32,000 bases of DNA from contig NC_010655.1 in assembly GCF_000020225.1 (NCBI RefSeq), forward strand, positions 1,200,001 to 1,232,000, written 5' to 3'. Below the pieces are notes generated by a model that saw only the letters and a list, made by a program, of their open reading frames with translations, made no database searches and was not told the origin of the DNA. Position 1 is the stretch's first letter, and each line of letters opens with the position of its first letter. Of the stretch, positions 16,520-24,626 are shown piece by piece. Source of the stretch: Akkermansia muciniphila ATCC BAA-835 (GTDB lineage Bacteria; Verrucomicrobiota; Verrucomicrobiia; Verrucomicrobiales; Akkermansiaceae). The translations under genes and the position numbers were made by a program.

Positions 16520-17136
16520 GCGCCTCCTCCTTTCCGGTCCTCGGGGGTGGGAAGCGTTAATCCGTAGCGCATGGGATGCCTGACTTTGGAGCGCGCTTTC
16601 CTGGCTACGAGCTGGACGGCGTTTTTCATGATGGACCCCGCAGCCTGGAGCAGCATGCTTTCCCGCAGGGGAATGCGGGCTTTCATGATGGATTTGTTGA
16701 TCAGGTCCGGCTCTACATAAGGGTCCAGTTCATAGCCCCACATGAAGCAGGCCGTGTCCGTGCGCACGTCCAGCACCAGAACCAGGAGCCACTGGGGATC
16801 CAGCGGTCCCTGATGGTTGGGGAAGCCGGCCTCATCCACCGTCAGGTGGTTCATCGTCCAGAAACTGTGCGGAATAAGGGAAAAGGGCTCCAGGATGTTG
16901 GGGAAATAGACGGACAGGAGAACGGGGGGGATGCGGCGTTCCAGTTTCTCCAGCAGGGCATTCAGCTTTATGCGGTCCTGTTGTCGGAGAGCGCCGGCGT
17001 TGTCGCATACGCGGCGGTAGGGTATGGCGTCTTTGCCGTATTTTTTGTCCAGGTTTTCCAGGGAAAAACCGCAGTGAGGGCACAATGATTCCGCCCCGCG
17101 GTGGAAATTATGTAAACACTTCGGACAAGTCGGCAC
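16516..17136 (-). CDS. Zinc-ribbon plus TPM-like domain protein
   Basis: 206 aa, GTG start. N-terminal CPKC...CPHCG zinc ribbon. Then DNAGALRQQDRIKLNALLEKLE...LLSVYF, which resembles the start of a TPM domain. Confidence 0.6.
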   Translation of the reverse strand: MPTCPKCLHNFHRGAESLCPHCGFSLENLDKKYGKDAIPYRRVCDNAGALRQQDRIKLNALLEKLERRIPPVLLSVYFPNILEPFSLIPHSFWTMNHLTVDEAGFPNHQGPLDPQWLLVLVLDVRTDTACFMWGYELDPYVEPDLINKSIMKARIPLRESMLLQAAGSIMKNAVQLVARKARSKVRHPMRYGLTLPTPEDRKGGGA

Positions 17137-17202
17137 AAGGAAAGTTTAAGCACGAAGTTCGTTGCCGAAAAGACTAATTGTCAGAAAGAAATCATGTATG
17201 TC

Positions 17203-18012
17203 TCAATCTTCCAGATTTTCTTTCGTGACACGGTAAATGGCGGCGCATCTGGGGCACGTGACTTCCAGCTCCTCTTCTCCCTGGAACAGGTCTTCCTTGT
17301 TTTCCTGAAGGGTCTTGAGCGTGGGCAGGATGCGGTCCAGCGTGCAGCCGCAGTAAAAGCGGAACCGGCGCGTTTCCAGCACTCGGGTATTTTCATCTTC
17401 TTCCAGATGGGCCATTTTCTCCCGGGTGAGGGAAGCAAGCCATTCTTCATCCGCGTCAGGCTGGGCCGTCACCATGGTGTAGCATTCATCCGGGAGCTCA
17501 ATGCAGCGGGCGTTTCTCTGTTCGCTTTGCCTGTAGAATTCCTCCACCCATCGGGCCGGAGACGTTCCCGGAATGGGTACGACGGAGTATTGCGGTTCAA
17601 ACCCCTTGCGGAGCAGGGTGGAATACAGCGTGTTTTCTTCAGGTTCCTTAATGTCCTGTGTGAAGACGCGCCCCACGACGGATTCCGTCAGGGAAGAACC
17701 GGTGACAAACAGGTTGGCGACGGCAGGCGTCCGGAGATTGACTGTCCAGGCATGTTGCTCCGCCCAGGGCCGTGCGACCATGTAAAGGGTGAAATAGGCC
17801 ATGAGTTCTTTCAGTAGGCTGTCGTAGAGTTCTTCGTTGCGCAGGCCGTACTGCATGAGGTGAAGGTAGTAATCCGTAAACAGTGGAGAAAATTTTGACC
17901 TGAGCGCCAGACAATTGCGTCCGCGGACAAAGATGGATTCAACTGTAATGAATTCTTCTACCAGTTCTTCGCTCATGCCATTCAAGTTCGGTCTTCCTTT
18001 GTGGAAAATCAA
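17203..18012 (-). CDS. hslO: Hsp33-family redox-regulated chaperone
   Basis: 269 aa. C-terminal Cys switch CGC...(30 aa)...CPRC, as in Hsp33. TTG start at 18012 is preceded by AGGAGG at about 5 nt. An alternative ATG lies at 17976. Confidence 0.8.
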   Translation of the reverse strand: MIFHKGRPNLNGMSEELVEEFITVESIFVRGRNCLALRSKFSPLFTDYYLHLMQYGLRNEELYDSLLKELMAYFTLYMVARPWAEQHAWTVNLRTPAVANLFVTGSSLTESVVGRVFTQDIKEPEENTLYSTLLRKGFEPQYSVVPIPGTSPARWVEEFYRQSEQRNARCIELPDECYTMVTAQPDADEEWLASLTREKMAHLEEDENTRVLETRRFRFYCGCTLDRILPTLKTLQENKEDLFQGEEELEVTCPRCAAIYRVTKENLED

Positions 18013-18178
18013 CCGTTCCTCCTGTCATTAGGGTCTATCATGACAGGTAGGCGCGGCGGCGGTCTTTTTCCCGGCATGGAAAGAGGCGGAAGAGTGGCTG
18101 GAGGGAAATGACGGAGGGGCCCGGGGACTGCACGCAATAAGCCTTTACCATGCCTTTCCGCGCGTTTAACATATACCT

Positions 18179-18682
18179 ATGGCAACTGACAAAAATATCA
18201 CCATCCATACTTCCAAGGGCGACATCAAGCTGACGGTGTTTGCTTCCAAGACGCCCGTGACGGCGGCTTCCTTTCTGAATCTGGCGTCCAGGGGATTTTA
18301 TGACGGGCTCAAATTTCACCGTGTGATCCCGGATTTCATGATTCAGGGCGGCGATCCCACCGGCACGGGCATGGGGGGGCCCGGCTACAGGTTTGAAGAC
18401 GAGTGCCGCCCGGACCTCAGGCATGACGGCCCCGGCGTGCTTTCCATGGCAAACGCGGGCCCCGGCACCAACGGTTCCCAATTCTTCATCACCCATGTGC
18501 CCACCGACTGGCTGAATGGCAAACACACCGTCTTCGGCAAGGTGACGGAAGGTCAGAGCGTGGTGGATTCCATTAAGCAGGGAGATACCATCTCCGGCAT
18601 TACGATTGAAGATAATGCGGACGATCTGTTTACGGAACAGGCCGACCGCATTGCCGCGTGGAACAAGGCACTTGGTAAGTAA
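18179..18682 (+). CDS. ppiB: Cyclophilin-type peptidyl-prolyl cis-trans isomerase (cytoplasmic)
   Basis: 167 aa. [25 protein letters not shown] and [10 protein letters not shown] are cyclophilin hallmarks. No signal peptide. Confidence 0.9.
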   Translation: MATDKNITIHTSKGDIKLTVFASKTPVTAASFLNLASRGFYDGLKFHRVIPDFMIQGGDPTGTGMGGPGYRFEDECRPDLRHDGPGVLSMANAGPGTNGSQFFITHVPTDWLNGKHTVFGKVTEGQSVVDSIKQGDTISGITIEDNADDLFTEQADRIAAWNKALGK

Positions 18683-18703
18683 CCTCATTCCGGCATTCAC
18701 TCG

Positions 18704-18740
18704 GCGGAGCGCGGCGCGGGGACGCCCGTTCCGCTGTTTT
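18704..18740 (+). terminator. Possible intrinsic terminator after the PPIase gene
   Basis: GCGGAGC (18704-18710) pairs with GTTCCGC (18728-18734) with one G-U. An inner GGCG/CGCC stem is also present. It is followed by TGTTTTCCTCTCTCTGCTTTTT. Confidence 0.4.
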
Positions 18741-18762
18741 CCTCTCTCTGCTTTTTCAGTAC

Positions 18763-20757
18763 ATGGTTCTGTCTGTTCAAAACCTGCGTGTGCAGTATGG
18801 CGCGCGCGTCCTGTTCAATGACCTTTCCTTTACAGTGGAGGATGGGGAAAGAATTGCCCTCGCGGGCCATAACGGCGCGGGGAAATCCACGCTGATGAAG
18901 TGCATCGCCGGTTTGAATGAACCGGATTCCGGCTCCATTATCAAATCCAGGCATTCCCAGGTGGGTTATCTGCCCCAGGAAGGAATTCATATCCGAGGGC
19001 GCAGGCTGATTGATGAAGCCATGTCCGCCTTTGCGGACCTGATGGATCTTCAGGAGCGCATTGATGTCCTGACGCGGGAAATGGCGGGGCTGGATCCCCG
19101 TTCCGCCGCCTACTCTGAAGTTCTCAATGAAATCGGGGAATTGGAACTGGTGCTGCATGCCCATAATTCCGCCCGGCTGCGTCCCCGGACGGAATCCATC
19201 CTGCGCGGCCTGGGATTCAAAGACAGGGATTTTGACCGGGATTGCGGAGAATTTTCCGGCGGCTGGCAAATGCGCATCGCATTAGCCAAACTGCTGCTCC
19301 GGGAGCCTGAAGTGCTGCTTCTGGACGAACCTACCAACCATTTGGACATCCAGTCCCAACGGTGGATGGAACAATATCTGCGCTCCTACCGGGGCGCTAT
19401 CATCCTTATTTCCCATGATGTGGCGCTTCTGGATGCCCTGGTTTCCCGTACGATTGCTTTTTACCACGGCCGGGCGGAGGAGTACGCGGGCAATTTTTCC
19501 TATTTTCTGAAAGAAAGCGTGCTGCGGAAGGAAATTCTGCTGCGCCAGAAAAAGGCTCAGGACCGGGAGATTGCCAAAACGAAGGAATTTATCGACCGTT
19601 TCCGTTATAAAGCCACCAAGGCTTCTCTGGTTCAGTCCCGCATCAAGCAGTTGGAAAAAGTGGAACTGATTGAGGTGGAAGAGGATGATGCCGTCATGAA
19701 CTTTCACTTTCCTGCTCCTCCCGCTGGCGCCCATTCTGTGGTCAGGCTGGAAAAGGTTTCCAAACATTATGGTTCCGTTTCCGTTTTTGAGAATGTGGAT
19801 TTTGAAATCGTCAAGGGGGACCGCATTGCCATTGTAGGAGTAAACGGGGCGGGGAAATCCACATTTTCCCGCCTTATTTCCGGCGGAGAGGCCCCCAGTT
19901 CCGGCAGCGTGACCATGGGACGCCATACGCAGGTAGCTTTTTTCTCCCAGACGCATGCTGATGATCTGGATCCGGATAAAACGATTTTGGAATGCGTGGA
20001 AGCTGCCGCCACGCGGGAATCTGCGCCCATGGTCCGGAATCTGCTTGGCTGTTTCCTGTTCCGGGGGGATGACGTACACAAGCGCGTTGGCGTGCTTTCC
20101 GGAGGCGAGCGCTCCCGCGTGGCGCTGGTGTGCATGCTTTTGCATCCGGCCAATTTCCTGATTCTGGATGAACCGACCAATCATCTGGACATCCAGTCCC
20201 AGCAGGTGCTTCAAAAGGCTCTGTCCGAATATCCGGGTTCCTACTGCATCGTTTCCCACAACCGCAGTTTTTTGGATCCCATCGTGACGAAAGTGCTGGA
20301 ATTTGTACCGGGAGAGAAACCGCGCGTTTACCTGGGCAATGTTTCTGATTATTTGGAAAAGGTGGAGAGGGAGCAGGCCCTGGCTGCCGCAGCCGCCTCA
20401 CCCCCCTCCGGAGCGGCGGAACCGGGCGCCGGATTGGATCGCAGGGCACGCAGGCGCATGGAGGCGGAAATCCGTCAGAAGAAGACGCGCCTGCTGCGTC
20501 CGCTTCAGGAGAAACTGGAGCTGCTGGAAGAAGAAATAGCGCGGCTGGAAACGGAAAAGACGGAAATTACTTCTCAATTGGAGCGTCCGGAAGTGGCGGC
20601 TGATACGGAAGCCGTCATGGAGCTTACCTCCCGTTTTCAGCAGACGGACCGGCAGCTGGAAACCTGTTTTACACAATGGGCTGATCTTTCGGAAAAGATT
20701 GAAGAGACGGAAGCCCGCATTCAAGAAGAGGCGGAAAGAAACGTTTCCGGAAGCTGA
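18763..20757 (+). CDS. ABC-F family ATPase (Uup/YheS-like, no transmembrane domain)
   Basis: 664 aa with two ABC cassettes. First cassette: GHNGAGKST, LSGGWQMR, LLLDEPTNHLD. Second cassette: GVNGAGKST, LSGGERSR, LILDEPTNHLD. C-terminal charged coiled-coil tail. Confidence 0.9.
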   Translation: MVLSVQNLRVQYGARVLFNDLSFTVEDGERIALAGHNGAGKSTLMKCIAGLNEPDSGSIIKSRHSQVGYLPQEGIHIRGRRLIDEAMSAFADLMDLQERIDVLTREMAGLDPRSAAYSEVLNEIGELELVLHAHNSARLRPRTESILRGLGFKDRDFDRDCGEFSGGWQMRIALAKLLLREPEVLLLDEPTNHLDIQSQRWMEQYLRSYRGAIILISHDVALLDALVSRTIAFYHGRAEEYAGNFSYFLKESVLRKEILLRQKKAQDREIAKTKEFIDRFRYKATKASLVQSRIKQLEKVELIEVEEDDAVMNFHFPAPPAGAHSVVRLEKVSKHYGSVSVFENVDFEIVKGDRIAIVGVNGAGKSTFSRLISGGEAPSSGSVTMGRHTQVAFFSQTHADDLDPDKTILECVEAAATRESAPMVRNLLGCFLFRGDDVHKRVGVLSGGERSRVALVCMLLHPANFLILDEPTNHLDIQSQQVLQKALSEYPGSYCIVSHNRSFLDPIVTKVLEFVPGEKPRVYLGNVSDYLEKVEREQALAAAAASPPSGAAEPGAGLDRRARRRMEAEIRQKKTRLLRPLQEKLELLEEEIARLETEKTEITSQLERPEVAADTEAVMELTSRFQQTDRQLETCFTQWADLSEKIEETEARIQEEAERNVSGS

Positions 20758-20775
20758 GAGGATTTCTCAACAAAA

Positions 20776-20805
20776 AACAGGGCTGTTTCCGGGAACAGCC
20801 CTGTT
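20776..20805 (-). terminator. Bidirectional-looking rho-independent terminator between convergent genes
   Basis: Perfect 12-bp stem: AACAGGGCTGTT (20776-20787) pairs with AACAGCCCTGTT (20794-20805), with a 6-nt loop. An A-run on the plus strand just 5' of the stem gives a U-tract for the minus-strand (PEP-CTERM gene) transcript. Confidence 0.7.
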
Positions 20806-20844
20806 CGGACAGAGGAAAAAATCAGAACTTCAACGCTTTTCCGG

Positions 20845-21495
20845 TTATACCCGGCGGCGCAGAAGCAGGGCGGCCATGCCAAGCAGGCTGAGGGAGGCCG
20901 TCGCCGGCTCCGGTACCGTGTCCCCCTGAAGATTCAACTGGGAAAGCCCCAGGAAGGTTCCTCCGGTGTTGGGAGCCTTGGCATTCACGGTGAGGGTAAA
21001 GGTTTCCCCCGCACTAACTGTGACCGGGGTATTGAAGCTGGCTTCCTGGATATCGGCCGTCGGCGTGCCGTCTTTATCAGCCTGGACTCGCTCAAAGCTC
21101 AGGTCAGCCGTGGCGGAGGAATCTCCGGCAGTCAGCGTAACGGTAGCGGTTCCCGCTTTAGTATCCGTATTGCTATGACGCTCCCCGCTTGCATTGACGA
21201 ATTGAAAACCTAGGCTGAGGGAAGAAAGGACGATGTCCTGCGTAGCTGTGAAGGAAAAAGTGACAGTCCAACCGGTTTCATTTCCATTCATTTGGAGGTT
21301 GGGAACAAGAAGATCCGCTGCCAGATTGTTGGAGAGGGCGGTGGAAGGAGTGGTGAGAGTGACGGAAGCATCTTCCAGAAAATCGCTCCCAGTAGTAATG
21401 CTGGTTTGATGAAACTGGGTTTCATACAGAGTGGACGCCGCCTGTACTCCGGAAATACACAATAAAAATGTTGAAATGAAAAGAAGACTCTTCAT
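20845..21495 (-). CDS. PEP-CTERM sorting-domain surface protein
   Basis: 216 aa. Signal peptide MKSLLFISTFLLCISGVQA. T/S-rich beta-type body. C-terminal VPEPATASLSLLGMAALLLRRRV, which is a PEP motif plus a TM helix plus a basic tail. Confidence 0.8.
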   Translation of the reverse strand: MKSLLFISTFLLCISGVQAASTLYETQFHQTSITTGSDFLEDASVTLTTPSTALSNNLAADLLVPNLQMNGNETGWTVTFSFTATQDIVLSSLSLGFQFVNASGERHSNTDTKAGTATVTLTAGDSSATADLSFERVQADKDGTPTADIQEASFNTPVTVSAGETFTLTVNAKAPNTGGTFLGLSQLNLQGDTVPEPATASLSLLGMAALLLRRRV

Positions 21496-21508
21496 AGCTC
21501 CATGTTAG

Positions 21509-21529
21509 CGGATTAGATATCCGGTGACA
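21509..21529. repeat. Left arm of a perfect 21-bp inverted repeat (CGGATTAGATATCCGGTGACA)
   Basis: Its reverse complement is identical to 21668-21688. It lies 14 bp upstream of the PEP-CTERM gene ATG (21495). Confidence 0.9.
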
Positions 21530-21588
21530 GAGGATAGGAAAATGGGAATGGATAAATACACACATTACTAATGATTTATGAAAATAAA

Positions 21589-21616
21589 ATTTTATTGTGT
21601 ATTAAACACTTTCCAA
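21589..21616 (-). promoter_or_regulatory. Candidate sigma70-like promoter inside the IR-flanked segment, pointing toward the PEP-CTERM gene
   Basis: The minus strand reads TTGGAA (21616-21611), N16, TAAAAT (21594-21589). Motif match only; no TSS data. Confidence 0.3.
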
Positions 21617-21667
21617 ATTTTTCCTCTTTTCCCGTGGTGAAACTCGTTTTTCTTCAAAAAATTTTGT

Positions 21668-21688
21668 TGTCACCGGATATCTAATCCG
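21668..21688. repeat. Right arm of a perfect 21-bp inverted repeat (TGTCACCGGATATCTAATCCG)
   Basis: Exact reverse complement of 21509-21529. The arms are separated by 138 bp of AT-rich DNA. Confidence 0.9.
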
Positions 21689-21832
21689 GAGGCAATCTTT
21701 CCTGCGGAGTAATAAATGAATATTTGTCCGCTGCGGAAAATCATCAGCCTGACATGGCCTGGAAGGGTTTCCGCCCATTTCCATGCAAGGGGAAAAATAG
21801 AGGGAACCGGCCCGGGAGAAACCGGCTTTCTT

Positions 21833-22747
21833 TCAGGATAGCCTTTTCTTCCCGCTTTTCCGTGTTTTTTTTCTGTACTCTGAAATCGTGACGCCGCACA
21901 GGGTAAGCAGAATCCCCGCCAGGGATATCCAGGTCAGGCGTTCCCCCAGAATGATGGCTGAGGCCACCACGGTTACGACCGGTATCATGTAAATGTAAAC
22001 GCTGGATTTGACGGCTCCCAGAATTTCCACCACGCGGTTCCAGGTCAGAAAGCACAGTGCGGAGGCGAACAGACCCAGATACAGCAGATTGATGGCATTG
22101 ACGGGTTTTGCCATCAGGCGCCAGTCCATGTTTGCAGGAAGGACCCACAGGGCGGGAATCATCAGTGCAATGCCATAGAAGAAAATGCGGCGCGTGCAGA
22201 TGATCATGTTGGATGTGTTGACGCCGATTTTTTTCATCAGGATGGAATACGCCGCCCAGACGAAGGCCGCGCCCAGTGCCAGGATATCCCCCGCCGGATT
22301 CAGTTCCAGAACGAAGGCTCCGTTTGCCATGATAAGGAAGATACCTGTAAAGGCAGCGGAAAAACCCAGGAAGAAACGGCGTGAAAAGCCTTCCCCCTTC
22401 AGCAGGAAATGGGCCAGAAGGGCTGTGAAGAAAGGAACCACGGCTACGATAATGCCCACATTGGAGGCGAAGGTATAGGTCAGGGCGATGTTTTCCAGCA
22501 GGAAGTACAGGGTAACCCCGGTCAATCCCGCTCCGGCGAACAGAAGCTCCTTTTTCCAGCCGGAGAATGGAAGAACCCGCGGTTTCAGGCACCAGAGGAA
22601 GGCATATCCGATCACAAAGCGGGTAAAGAGAACCGTGACGGGGGTGAAATCCCGCAAGAGCACCTTGGTGGAGACGAAAGTGGTTCCCCAGATGATAATG
22701 GTCATGAGGGCGGCGGCATGGCCCAGGGTGCGCTGTCGGGAACTCAT
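21833..22747 (-). CDS. DMT-superfamily transporter (EamA/RhaT-like, 10-TM)
   Basis: 304 aa, very hydrophobic, with a two-fold EamA-like repeat architecture. N-terminus LGHAAALMTIIIWGTTFVSTKVLL. The start overlaps the upstream cupin stop by 1 nt (TAATG). Confidence 0.85.
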   Translation of the reverse strand: MSSRQRTLGHAAALMTIIIWGTTFVSTKVLLRDFTPVTVLFTRFVIGYAFLWCLKPRVLPFSGWKKELLFAGAGLTGVTLYFLLENIALTYTFASNVGIIVAVVPFFTALLAHFLLKGEGFSRRFFLGFSAAFTGIFLIMANGAFVLELNPAGDILALGAAFVWAAYSILMKKIGVNTSNMIICTRRIFFYGIALMIPALWVLPANMDWRLMAKPVNAINLLYLGLFASALCFLTWNRVVEILGAVKSSVYIYMIPVVTVVASAIILGERLTWISLAGILLTLCGVTISEYRKKTRKSGKKRLS

Positions 22748-23085
22748 TAAATTGACGATGTGGGGGAGGAAGGCGTTTCCAGCGTCAGTCCCAGGATTTC
22801 CGCCGGTTCCGTATTCCTGTTCCAGACGGCATGGAGAACGCCGCCGGGAACGAGCTGGGATTCGTACTCGTGAACCGTTCTTTCTTCTCCGTCAAGCATG
22901 ACAGAAATCGTTCCACGGGTGACAATGAATAAATGAGCGTGGGCATGGCGGTGCGGGGAAAGGGGGCCGCCGCCGCCGGGGGCTATTTTGGCGAAGGCTC
23001 CGCCTCTCAGGATTTCCTGCCTGTCCATGAACAGGTTCCTGGCCGTGAAGCCCGTATGATTGGGAATAGAGGAAAAGGCGTCCAT
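22747..23085 (-). CDS. Cupin-domain protein
   Basis: 112 aa. Cupin motif 1-like PHRHAHAHLFIVTRG and motif 2-like GGVLHAVWN. It starts 4 bp after the cysS stop, so it is probably co-transcribed. Confidence 0.75.
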   Translation of the reverse strand: MDAFSSIPNHTGFTARNLFMDRQEILRGGAFAKIAPGGGGPLSPHRHAHAHLFIVTRGTISVMLDGEERTVHEYESQLVPGGVLHAVWNRNTEPAEILGLTLETPSSPTSSI

Positions 23086-23089
23086 TTGT

Positions 23090-24505
23090 TTATTTGCGTG
23101 CCAGGTCGTATCCGTCCTTGCGGTCTTTAATGACCCAGCCCAGCGCTGCCACTTCCGCCCTCAGGCGGTCGGCTTCCGTCCAGTCCCGGTTCTGCTTGGC
23201 CTGCCAGCGCTGATCCGCCAGGGTGCGGATTTCTTCCGGGGCTTCCTCCTGTCCCTCCTCCGGCAGAATAATGCCGAAGGCGGCCAGAATAAAGTGGAAG
23301 GCATTCCGCAGGCGGGCCGCCTCCTCCGGTGAAAGGGAGGGGATATCCGCCTTCCTGATGGCGCTGAAAACATGGCCCAGGGCTTCCGGAGTGTTTAGGT
23401 CATCGTTCAGGCTGTCCCATGCCGGCTGGAAAATTCCCAATTCCGGGAATGCCGCGCAGAATTCCTCATAGGAGGGAACGGAATCCGTTCCGGAGGCGTT
23501 CCTGAGCTGCATATCGAATTTGGACAGGCGGTTCAGCGCGGCTTTAGCGTCTTCCAGAGAGGAAAGGGTGAAATTCAACGGACGGCGGTAATAGCCCCCC
23601 GCCAGCACGTACCGGACCGCGGACGGCCTGTGGCCCAGTTTGTCCAAATCCGCCAGCGTGTACATGTTGCCCAGGGATTTGGACATCTTGCCTCCGTCCA
23701 CCAGCAGGTGCGTGATGTGGAACCACAGGCGCGCGAAGCCGCCGCCGCAGGCGCAGCGGGACTGGGCCACTTCGTTTTCATGGTGGGGGAATACCAGATC
23801 CACGCCGCCGGAGTGGAGATCAAAGTCATTGCCGAAGTATTTATGGATCATGGCGGAGCATTCCAGGTGCCAGCCGGGGCGGCCTTCTCCCCAGGGAGAG
23901 GGCCAGAAGTTGTTTCCGTCTTCCGGCCTGCGGCTCTTCCACAGCACGAAGTCTGCCACGGAGTCTTTTTCATATTCGTCTGCGTTGGACCGGGTATTGG
24001 CGGTTTTTCCTAAATCCAGTTCACGTTCGTCCAGGTGGGAAAGCCTTCCGTATTCCGGGAAGGAAGAAATTCTGAAATACACGGAACCGTCTTCCGATAC
24101 ATAGGCATGGCCCTTTTCCACCAGTGTTTGAACCATCCGTATTTGTTCGGGAATATGGCCCACGGCGGAGGGTTCCGCATGGGGAGGCAGGCAATTAAGG
24201 GCGGCACAGTCCCGGTGGAACAGATCCGCCCAGCCTGCGGTGAATTCCGCCAGAGAAACGCCAGCCTTTTGAGAATCCCGGATAGTTTTGTCGTCCACAT
24301 CCGTCAGATTGCGGATATGCGTGGTGGGCACCCCCCCCAGTTCCAGGACGCGGCGGAAGACGTCCTGCATCACGAAAGTGCGGAAATTGCCGATGTGGGT
24401 AGGGCCGTACACCGTGGGGCCGCAACAGTAAAAGCGCAGTGTTTTTCCATCCATGGGAGAAATGTCCTGGGCCGTTCTGGTGCGGGTATCGTAAAGGTGT
24501 AACAT
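23090..24505 (-). CDS. cysS: Cysteine--tRNA ligase
   Basis: 471 aa. CGPTVYGPTHIGNFRTF (HIGH-type motif), KMSKSLGN (KMSKS motif), and class I CysRS length and layout. Confidence 0.95.
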   Translation of the reverse strand: MLHLYDTRTRTAQDISPMDGKTLRFYCCGPTVYGPTHIGNFRTFVMQDVFRRVLELGGVPTTHIRNLTDVDDKTIRDSQKAGVSLAEFTAGWADLFHRDCAALNCLPPHAEPSAVGHIPEQIRMVQTLVEKGHAYVSEDGSVYFRISSFPEYGRLSHLDERELDLGKTANTRSNADEYEKDSVADFVLWKSRRPEDGNNFWPSPWGEGRPGWHLECSAMIHKYFGNDFDLHSGGVDLVFPHHENEVAQSRCACGGGFARLWFHITHLLVDGGKMSKSLGNMYTLADLDKLGHRPSAVRYVLAGGYYRRPLNFTLSSLEDAKAALNRLSKFDMQLRNASGTDSVPSYEEFCAAFPELGIFQPAWDSLNDDLNTPEALGHVFSAIRKADIPSLSPEEAARLRNAFHFILAAFGIILPEEGQEEAPEEIRTLADQRWQAKQNRDWTEADRLRAEVAALGWVIKDRKDGYDLARK

Positions 24506-24555
24506 GGCGGAACGATTAGAAGGGAAGAGGGCTTCCCGGTCAAGCGGGAAAAGAA

Positions 24556-24589
24556 AGCCGGGGATCCGCGGTTGTCCGCGTCCCCGGCT
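24556..24589 (-). terminator. Rho-independent terminator downstream of the GH20 gene
   Basis: AGCCGGGGA (24556-24564) pairs with TCCCCGGCT (24581-24589). An inner CGCGG/CCGCG stem has loop TTGT. The minus-strand transcript continues TTCTTTTCCC. Confidence 0.6.
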
Positions 24590-24626
24590 TTGAAGAAATC
24601 AGAGGATGGCGGGAGAAAAGGAAACG

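Noticed and set aside
17585-17605. GGTTCAAACCCC, a tRNA T-arm-like string
   Set aside because: It lies inside the hslO coding sequence, and no acceptor, D or anticodon arms can be drawn around it. It is a chance match.
21602-21784. 60-aa ORF lying partly inside the AT-rich inverted-repeat-flanked segment
   Set aside because: It is short, spans the right repeat arm, and has no coding-like composition. The region is better explained as regulatory DNA.
21744-22592. 282-aa minus-strand ORF overlapping the EamA transporter gene in another frame
   Set aside because: It is R/G/P/H-rich, whereas the 304-aa frame encodes a regular 10-TM DMT transporter.
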